Shown here piece after piece: positions 57,598 to 64,000 of a stretch of DNA of 64,000 nt. This DNA is from Gemmatimonadaceae bacterium (GTDB lineage Bacteria; Gemmatimonadota; Gemmatimonadetes; Gemmatimonadales; Gemmatimonadaceae), in NCBI GenBank assembly GCA_035606695.1, contig DATNEW010000035.1:52487-116486 (forward strand), in the 5' to 3' direction. Below the pieces are notes generated by a model, which saw only the letters and a list, made by a program, of their open reading frames with translations, was not told where the DNA came from and ran no database searches. Made by a program: the position numbers and the translations under genes. How positions within the stretch are numbered: position 1 is the first letter of the stretch; each line of letters opens with the position of its first letter.

Positions 57598-59156
57598 GCG
57601 CTCGCTCCCGCCGTCGCGCCGGCGACGCTGCGGCCCTTGAGCCCCAGCGTGTCGTACGACATGCCGGCGAACTCGGATCGCGCACCCGCCAACGCCTTGA
57701 AGACGTCGGACGCGAGCGAGTAGTTCGTCTTCACGCCCGCTTCCGCGAGCAGGTCGGAGAGCACATACCAGCTCGGCCGTGCGAAGCCCGGCGCCTGTTT
57801 CGCTTGCATGAAGCGCTGCACGTGCCCGCGCAGGTTCGTGAACGTGCCTTCTTCTTCGGTGAAGTTCGCGATCGGCAGCACGACGTTCGCCGCGTGCTTG
57901 GCCCACGGCGGCAGCGTCGTGCCGATGACGATGATCGCCCCGGCCTTCGCGACGTCGGCCGCGTCGAGCCCGACGAGCTCCTCGTCGGCGACGACGAGCA
58001 CGTCACCGGCGCCGAGCTTCGCGAGCGGATTGTCACTGCGCGCGAAGCCGAACAATTCGGCGCCGCGCACATTGGCCGCGCGATCGCGGCGCAATGAGAG
58101 ATCTTCAACGCCGGGCAGCGGCGCTTCGTCGCCTTGCTCCACGCGAAACGCGCCGGTGCCGCTCGTCTTTTTCACGAGCTCGCCAAGCAGGTAGAGCGCC
58201 TCGTTCGACAGCATGGGCGATGCGAGGACGTATGCCTTCTTGCCGTTGAGCAATCGCGCCGCTTCCTGCAGCGCCAACTCCCAATCGATACCGTGCAGCC
58301 TGGTGCCGTGGCGGATCATCGGCGTGTCGACGCGATCCTGCCGGTTCATCCAGCGATAGTTCAAGCGGCCGTAGTCGCACATGAAATACTTGTTGACCTG
58401 ATCGTTCGGACGCGGGCGAAGCTTCACCACCGTGTTGTCGCGCGTCTCGACGATGATGTTGCAGCCCTGCGAACAATTCGGGCACACCGAAGCCGTGCGG
58501 TCGAGCTCCCAGGCACGCGCCTTGTTGAGCGAATCCTTCGAGAGCAGCGCGCCCACGGGGCACAGATCGATGACGTTCCCCGCCCACGCATGCGTCAGGT
58601 CCTTGCCCTCGAACTTGCCGATGAGCGCGCGATCGCCCCGCTCGCTCACGTTGAGGACGGAATCCTTCGCCACGTCATCCATGAATCGCACGCAGCGCGT
58701 GCAGAGGATGCAGCGGTTGGCGGTGTACATCACGTCGCCGCCGAAGTCCTCCACCGGATTGAAGCGCTTGGGATCGCGATAGCGTCCCTCGCTGCGCCCT
58801 TCCTTATACGTGTAGTCCTGGAGCTCGCACTCGCCCGCCTGATCGCAGATCGGACAATCGAGTGGATGGTTGATGAGCAGCATCTCGAGCACGCCTTTGC
58901 GCGCCTCGAGCGCCTTCTCGGAGTGCACGTGAACGACTTGTCCTTCGGACGCCACGGTCGCGCACGAGGGCGCGAGCTTCGGCATCTTCTCGACTTCGAC
59001 GAGGCACATCCGGCACACACCGGCGACGGGAAGTCCCGGGTGGTAGCAGTAGTGCGGGATCAGGATGCCCGCGTACTTCGCCGCTTCGAGAATCGACGTG
59101 CCCGGCGGCACGCTGACCTGGCGTCCTTCTATGGTCAGATTGATCATATCGCCCAT
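57594..59156 (-). CDS. nuoG: NADH-quinone oxidoreductase subunit G (short form, 520 aa)
   Basis: N-terminal 2Fe-2S (CYHPGLPVAGVCRMCLVE) and 4Fe-4S cysteine clusters (CPICDQAGECELQ; CILCTRCVRF), followed by a truncated molybdopterin-like domain. Confidence 0.9.
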   Translation of the reverse strand: MGDMINLTIEGRQVSVPPGTSILEAAKYAGILIPHYCYHPGLPVAGVCRMCLVEVEKMPKLAPSCATVASEGQVVHVHSEKALEARKGVLEMLLINHPLDCPICDQAGECELQDYTYKEGRSEGRYRDPKRFNPVEDFGGDVMYTANRCILCTRCVRFMDDVAKDSVLNVSERGDRALIGKFEGKDLTHAWAGNVIDLCPVGALLSKDSLNKARAWELDRTASVCPNCSQGCNIIVETRDNTVVKLRPRPNDQVNKYFMCDYGRLNYRWMNRQDRVDTPMIRHGTRLHGIDWELALQEAARLLNGKKAYVLASPMLSNEALYLLGELVKKTSGTGAFRVEQGDEAPLPGVEDLSLRRDRAANVRGAELFGFARSDNPLAKLGAGDVLVVADEELVGLDAADVAKAGAIIVIGTTLPPWAKHAANVVLPIANFTEEEGTFTNLRGHVQRFMQAKQAPGFARPSWYVLSDLLAEAGVKTNYSLASDVFKALAGARSEFAGMSYDTLGLKGRSVAGATAGASA

Positions 59157-60470
59157 TTAAGCCACCGCCGGGACGAGGAAATGCTTCTTCTTCTTGATCA
59201 GCGCCTCGAAGTCGCCGCGGAACTTCTCGATGCCCGACTTCACCGGCGTCGCGCACGAGTCGCTCAAGACGCAGATCGTCTTGGCCGTCATGTTCTCGCC
59301 GATTTCCAATAAGGTGTCCAGGTCCTCGGGCGTCCCGTCCCCCGCGACGATGCGTTCGAGAATCTTCGTCGTCCACGCCGTGCCTTCGCGGCACTGCGTA
59401 CACTGCGCGCAGCTCTCGTGCGCGAAGAAGCGCGCGGCGCGCGCGATCTGCTTCACGAGATTCTGCGCGTCGTCGATGACGATCACACCGCCCGAGCCGA
59501 GCATCGTTCCCTGCGCCACGAAGCCTTCATAGTCCATCACGCTCGCTTCGGCTTCTTCCAGCGTCTGGATGGGCACCGAGATGCCGCCCGGGATGATCGC
59601 CTTGAACTTGCGCCCCGGCAGCGGGCCGCCGCACAGGTCGTATAAGAAATCTCTAAAAGGAAAGCCCATCGGCACTTCGTAGTTGCCGGGCTTCTGAATG
59701 TTGCCGCAGACGGAATACAGCTTCGTGCCGGTGCTCTTTGGGTTGTCCGCGCGCATCCACTGTTTGTACCAGTCGGCGCCATTGTTCAGAATGTGCGGCA
59801 CCGCGGCCAGCGTCTCGACGTTGTTGATCGTCGTCGGCGACGCGAAGACGCCCGACACCGCCGGGAACGGCGGCTTGATGCGCGGGTTCCCCCGGCGGCC
59901 CTCGATCGAGTTCATCAAGGCCGTCTCTTCACCGCAGATGTACGCGCCCGCGCCGCGGTGCACGTAGATGTTCACCGTCTTGCCGGTACCCATCGCGTTC
60001 TTGCCGAGAATGCCGGCCGCGTAGCACTCCTTGAGGCCCGCTTCGACGCGCGCAATCGGCTCCGTGAACTCACCGCGAATGTAGATGTAGCACGTCTCGG
60101 CGCCGATGGCGTATGAGCCGATCGCGCAGCCCTCGATCAGGGCATGCGGCGTCCACCGCATGATTTCGCGATCTTTGAACGTCCCCGGCTCGGACTCGTC
60201 GGCGTTGCAACAGAGATAGTGCGGCTTGCCGTCGCCCGGCTTCATGAACGACCACTTCACGCCGGTCGGAAAGCCCGCGCCGCCGCGGCCGCGCAGGCCG
60301 GAGTTCTTCACGACGTCGACGATCTCCGCCGGCTGCATGCCGAGCGCTTTCTCGAACGCGGTGTAGCCGCCGCGCTTCTTCCACCCATCGAGCGTCTGCG
60401 CCTCTTTGTCCCCGAAATACTTGGAGAGGACGGGCGTTTCGCGCGCGTGCGGCGTATGTGGATAGCCCAT
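59157..60470 (-). CDS. nuoF: NADH-quinone oxidoreductase subunit F
   Basis: GLRGRGGAGFPTG, GAGAYICGEETAL and ESCAQCTQCREG motifs. Confidence 0.96.
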   Translation of the reverse strand: MGYPHTPHARETPVLSKYFGDKEAQTLDGWKKRGGYTAFEKALGMQPAEIVDVVKNSGLRGRGGAGFPTGVKWSFMKPGDGKPHYLCCNADESEPGTFKDREIMRWTPHALIEGCAIGSYAIGAETCYIYIRGEFTEPIARVEAGLKECYAAGILGKNAMGTGKTVNIYVHRGAGAYICGEETALMNSIEGRRGNPRIKPPFPAVSGVFASPTTINNVETLAAVPHILNNGADWYKQWMRADNPKSTGTKLYSVCGNIQKPGNYEVPMGFPFRDFLYDLCGGPLPGRKFKAIIPGGISVPIQTLEEAEASVMDYEGFVAQGTMLGSGGVIVIDDAQNLVKQIARAARFFAHESCAQCTQCREGTAWTTKILERIVAGDGTPEDLDTLLEIGENMTAKTICVLSDSCATPVKSGIEKFRGDFEALIKKKKHFLVPAVA

Positions 60471-60486
60471 GTTAAAACTTGAATGT

Positions 60487-60527
60487 CCGAACTTCGACCG
60501 GAGGTGCGAAGCGCCGAAGGAAGAAGC
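60487..60527. repeat. Degenerate REP-like element copy between nuoE and nuoF
   Basis: CCGAACTTCGACCGGAGGTGCGAAGCGCCGAAGGAAGAAGC on the plus strand, antisense to the operon. Confidence 0.75.
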
Positions 60528-60533
60528 AATGAC

Positions 60534-61109
60534 TCATTTCAGTTCGCCGAGAATCTCGGGCACGCGATCGGGCGTGACCGATTCAATGAAGTCTTCGTTG
60601 ATCATGACCGGCGTCGCGAAGCCGCATGCGCCAAGGCATTCGACTTCGATCACCGTGTACTTGCCGTCGCTCGACGTCTGGCCGAGCTCCTCGCAGCCGG
60701 TCGCCTTGAGGAACGCTTCCACCACGCCTTCGGCGCCGCAGACGTTGCACGGCGACGTCGTGCACACCTGAATGAAATGGCGGCCGACCGGATGCTGGTG
60801 GTACATCGTGTAGAACGTCACCACGCCTTTCACGTACGCCGGCGTGAGCTCGAGCACCTCGGCGACTTCGGCCATGCCGTCGTCGCTCACCCAGCCGTGT
60901 TCGTGCTGCACCATCCAGAGCGCGGGCAGGAGCGCCGCCATCTTCGTCGGATAGCGCGAGATGACCTGGTCGAGCTCCTTGCGGCGCGCGCTGCCGGCGG
61001 TGAACACCGGCGAGTACGGCGCGTGCTCGTGATCGGCGTGCGACGCGTCCGCCGGCGCGCGGAGGTCGTTCACTTCGCGATGCACGCGGAAGTAGGCGGC
61101 GTCGGTCAT
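60534..61109 (-). CDS. nuoE: NADH-quinone oxidoreductase subunit E
   Basis: Thioredoxin-like 2Fe-2S cysteines (QVCTTSPCNVCG ... VECLGACG); 191 aa. Confidence 0.9.
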   Translation of the reverse strand: MTDAAYFRVHREVNDLRAPADASHADHEHAPYSPVFTAGSARRKELDQVISRYPTKMAALLPALWMVQHEHGWVSDDGMAEVAEVLELTPAYVKGVVTFYTMYHQHPVGRHFIQVCTTSPCNVCGAEGVVEAFLKATGCEELGQTSSDGKYTVIEVECLGACGFATPVMINEDFIESVTPDRVPEILGELK

Positions 61110-62419
61110 CGATCGATCTCCCCCATCACGATGTCGATCGAGGCATTGATCGCGATGACGTCGGAGAGCAAGTGCCCTTCGACCATGCGCGGAATCGCCG
61201 ACAGGTTCACGAACGACGGCGGCCGAATGCGCCAGCGCACCGGCTTCGACGAGCCGTCGGACACCATGTAGTACCCCTTCTCACCTTTGGGGCTTTCGAC
61301 CGGAACGTAGCACTCGCCGATCGGCGGACGCGGACCTTCCATCACCTGCTTGAAGTGGTGGATCATCGATTCCATGTCGCTCGTCGCCTTGCTCTTGGGC
61401 GGCAGAATGACGCGGTGGTCGTCGACGTTCACCGGCCCGTCGGGCAACCGCTTCATCGCCTGCGCGATGATGCGCACCGACTGCCGCAGCTCTTCCATGC
61501 GCACGAGGTAGCGATCGTAGACGTCGCCGTTCGTGCCCACCGGCACCTCGAAATCGTACGTCTCGTAATCGAGATACGGGAAATCCTTGCGGACGTCGTA
61601 CGCGACGCCGGACGCGCGAATCATCGGACCCGAGAGTCCGTAGTTCACCGCTTCCTCGGGCGACATCACGCCCAAGCCGACCGTGCGGCCGACCCAGATG
61701 CCGTTCTTCGTGACGACGCGATCGATCTCGTCGACCACCTTCGGGAACGTGTTGACGAAGGCGCCCAGCATCTCGAGCCAGCCGTCCGGAATGTCGGCGG
61801 CCATGCCGCCCACGCGCGTGATCGTCGTCGTGAGGCGCGCGCCGACCCAGGACTCGAGCAGCTCGTACACCTTCTCACGCTGCTGGAACGCCCACAGGAA
61901 CGGCGTATAGGCGCCGATGTCGATGCACGTCGTGCCCGTCCACACGAGATGGGAGATGATGCGCGACAGCTCGCACACGATCACGCGCAGCACCTTGCAC
62001 CGCTCGGTGATCTCCAGCCCGAACAACCGTTCGGCGCCAAGAGAGAAGGCGACGTTATTGCCCGGCGAGTTTAGATAATCCTCACGATCGGTGTATGGGA
62101 TGATCTGATTGTACTGCCGGTATTCGCCCGTCTTCTCGAAGCCGCAGTGCAGATAGCCGATGTGCGGGATGCACCGCACCACGGTCTCGCCATCGAGCTC
62201 GAGCACCAGGCGCAACACGCCGTGCGTCGCCGGATGCTGCGGCCCGATGTTGATGAGCATGTGCTCGCTCGAGAGATCCGGTTCCGGCTCCCACGGCAGC
62301 TCCTGCGTGATGACGTTGCCGCCGTCGTCCACGCCGAGCGCGCGCCGAACGGGACGGCCTTCCGAATCCAGCGCGTTCGTCGACAGTTCGACTTCGACTG
62401 TGCGTTTTGTCGTCGCCAT
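61106..62419 (-). CDS. nuoD: NADH-quinone oxidoreductase subunit D
   Basis: NIGPQHPATHGVLRL and the C-terminal DIVMGEIDR motif; 437 aa. Confidence 0.96.
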   Translation of the reverse strand: MATTKRTVEVELSTNALDSEGRPVRRALGVDDGGNVITQELPWEPEPDLSSEHMLINIGPQHPATHGVLRLVLELDGETVVRCIPHIGYLHCGFEKTGEYRQYNQIIPYTDREDYLNSPGNNVAFSLGAERLFGLEITERCKVLRVIVCELSRIISHLVWTGTTCIDIGAYTPFLWAFQQREKVYELLESWVGARLTTTITRVGGMAADIPDGWLEMLGAFVNTFPKVVDEIDRVVTKNGIWVGRTVGLGVMSPEEAVNYGLSGPMIRASGVAYDVRKDFPYLDYETYDFEVPVGTNGDVYDRYLVRMEELRQSVRIIAQAMKRLPDGPVNVDDHRVILPPKSKATSDMESMIHHFKQVMEGPRPPIGECYVPVESPKGEKGYYMVSDGSSKPVRWRIRPPSFVNLSAIPRMVEGHLLSDVIAINASIDIVMGEIDR

Positions 62420-62422
62420 CGG

Positions 62423-63127
62423 CTACTCTCCCACCTTTTCGCCGGACGTCAGGCGACGCCGCATGTCGGCGGGCAGATCCTCGAACGCGTCGGCGATCGA
62501 GAGCTCATCCTTGGAGTAGCGCGCTTCCGGATTTGCGGCGAGCGCCTGGCGCAGCTGCTCGGAGCGGCTGAAGCGGCCGCGCAGCGGGAAGTCCTTGCGC
62601 AGCGGAAAGCCCTCCTTGTACTGCTCCCACATGAGCAGCCGGCGCAAATCCGGATGGCCCGAGAACGTGATGCCGAACATGTCGTAGCACTCGCGTTCCA
62701 TCCAGTCGGCGGCTTTGTAGATGTCCCACACGCTGGGCACGTCGAGCGCGGCGCCCTTCTCAATTAGTACCTTTATGCGAATAAATCGCCGCCAGGGCAA
62801 CGAGCGCAGATGCCACACGACCTCGAGGGGCTGTTCGAGATCTCTAAACTCGACCGCCGTCACGTCGGAGAGGTAGTCGTAGCGCTGCGACGGGTCGTCG
62901 TGCAGCCACTGCACGATGTCGTGCAGCCTGGCGGTGTCGACGATCACCGTCGTCTCACCCCACACGACCGTCACGGCCTTGATCGCGGCCCCGAACTGCT
63001 GCGTGAGCGCGGCGGCCGAGGGATTGGCCTCGCCCCCGCGATGCGGAACGTTTTTTTGCGTCGTCGGCGCGGGCGCGGACGGTCCCGCCGCGCTGCCTGC
63101 AACGACCGGTTGAAAGCTCGAGCTCAC
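62423..63127 (-). CDS. nuoC: NADH-quinone oxidoreductase subunit C
   Basis: ERECYDMFGITFSGHPDLRRLL motif. The N-terminal ~45 aa are a low-complexity extension. Confidence 0.92.
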   Translation of the reverse strand: MSSSFQPVVAGSAAGPSAPAPTTQKNVPHRGGEANPSAAALTQQFGAAIKAVTVVWGETTVIVDTARLHDIVQWLHDDPSQRYDYLSDVTAVEFRDLEQPLEVVWHLRSLPWRRFIRIKVLIEKGAALDVPSVWDIYKAADWMERECYDMFGITFSGHPDLRRLLMWEQYKEGFPLRKDFPLRGRFSRSEQLRQALAANPEARYSKDELSIADAFEDLPADMRRRLTSGEKVGE

Positions 63128-63134
63128 AGGCGTA

Positions 63135-63782
63135 TCACAACCCGGAACGTGTCTGATGAACGGAGTTGCCGAACGGCTCCGACAGTTCGTCGATCACCTC
63201 CGGCGCAATGTAGAGCTGGCTCTTCGGATCAGGCTCCATCTCGTTGCGGAGCGAGGGATCGCCGGAGCGCTCGTTCATGACTTTCTTCTGCAGCATCAGG
63301 ATGCCGTACAGCAGGCCCTCGGGACGCGGCGGACATCCCGGCACGTAGACGTCGACCGGAATGATGTTGTCGATGCCCTGCACCACCGCGTAATTGTCGA
63401 AGATGCCGTTGCCCGACGAGGCGCACGCGCCCATCGAGATGCACCACTTCGGCTGCGGCATCTGCTGCCAGATGCGCCGCAATACCGGCGCAAGCTTGAA
63501 CGGCACACGGCCGGCGCAGATGAGCACGTCGGCTTGCCGCGGCGAGAACGCCTGCCGTTCCATGCCGAAACGGGCCAGATCGTACTTGCTCGCCGCGGAC
63601 GCCATGAACTCGATCGCGCAGCACGCGGTGCCGAACGGCATCGGCCACAGCGAGTTCGAGCGGCCCCAGTTCACCAGCTTGTCGAGCGTCGTGAGCGTCC
63701 ACGGGACGTCCGTGGTAATTGCGGTATTCTCGCGGTCGCGCGACGCGGATGAGTCGGTGCGTTCGCTGCGGCTCAGTCCCAT
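63135..63782 (-). CDS. nuoB: NADH-quinone oxidoreductase subunit B
   Basis: Trimmed to ATG 63782. Contains [18 protein letters not shown]-like and VPGCPPRPE motifs. Confidence 0.95.
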   Translation of the reverse strand: MGLSRSERTDSSASRDRENTAITTDVPWTLTTLDKLVNWGRSNSLWPMPFGTACCAIEFMASAASKYDLARFGMERQAFSPRQADVLICAGRVPFKLAPVLRRIWQQMPQPKWCISMGACASSGNGIFDNYAVVQGIDNIIPVDVYVPGCPPRPEGLLYGILMLQKKVMNERSGDPSLRNEMEPDPKSQLYIAPEVIDELSEPFGNSVHQTRSGL

Positions 63783-64000
63783 TGCAACGCTCCCTTCTTC
63801 CACACGTAGATGAAGCCGACGAGCAGGATGGCGATGAACACAAGCATCTCGCTCAAGCCAAAGAGCGACATCTGTCCCTTCGGGCATATGTCGTTGACGA
63901 GCGGCGACGTACACGACAATTGCCGGTAGTACGCGCCCCACGGAATCATGAACACCGTCTCGATGTCGAACAGAATGAACAGCACGGCCACCATGTAGAA
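63773..64000 (-). CDS. nuoA: NADH-quinone oxidoreductase subunit A (3' part; 5' end outside the window)
   Basis: [15 protein letters not shown] and the C-terminal [15 protein letters not shown] motif. The frame is open to the window edge. Confidence 0.85.
   Translation of the reverse strand, partial: FYMVAVLFILFDIETVFMIPWGAYYRQLSCTSPLVNDICPKGQMSLFGLSEMLVFIAILLVGFIYVWKKGALQWD

Noticed and set aside
63773-63994. Extra ~15-residue segment ([22 protein letters not shown]) in NuoA as a novel insertion
   Set aside because: The gene is truncated at the window edge, and the NuoA periplasmic loop varies in length between lineages. It cannot be judged without an alignment.

Overview
GC-rich chromosomal segment from a diderm bacterium. 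Gene content and repeat types suggest a Gemmatimonadota- or Acidobacteriota-like soil lineage, but I cannot verify the taxon. Content is almost entirely core housekeeping, and nearly everything from 6.7 kb onward is on the minus strand in tightly packed operons, many joined by ATGA/GTGA stop-start overlaps. In order: a partial membrane protein; a macA-macB-tolC-type efflux operon (+); tRNA-Arg(CCT); a TPR/YfgM-like protein; dapF; a six-gene envelope glycosylation operon (GT2, GT4, flippase-like protein, YfhO-like GT-C, Big2/beta-propeller lipoprotein, Ppm1-like GT2); the kdsB-pyrG-kdsA-kdsC-kdsD-lptC-lptA-lptB-rpoN block; an orphan secreted protein; trpG/pabA; a Uma2 endonuclease; xerD; ispF; futalosine genes mqnE-mqnA-mqnC; the ndk / yceD-rpmF-plsX-fabH-fabD-fabG-acpP-fabF block; an EIIA-like/CBS protein; a DUF2029-like membrane protein; pmm-UPF0182-arcC-sucC-sucD; and a complete 14-gene nuoA-N operon (nuoA truncated at the window edge). 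I see no cas genes, true CRISPR array, transposase, phage genes, toxin-antitoxin pair or recognisable defence system, so I cannot claim a discrete novel multi-gene system. Ordinary annotation leaves several things unexplained. (1) A dispersed REP-like element (core CGGAATTCCGAGCGGAGGTGCGAAGCGCCGAAG) sits between cistrons of five operon junctions. (2) Arrays of 7-8 nt G-tract repeats (GGGCGNN) occur, three times in the same stop / G-array / loop / C-array layout, and run into coding sequence at three genes. (3) There are two copies of a roughly 100-bp imperfect palindrome (GTCATYCCGAGCGAAGCGAGGRATC arms). (4) LptB has a possible extension of about 164 aa at its N-terminus. (5) NuoL carries a His-rich insertion encoded partly by a 12-bp tandem repeat. 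(6) An AT-rich, promoter-like island lies between two convergent terminators. All function calls rest on motifs I recognise in the supplied translations; no database search was possible.
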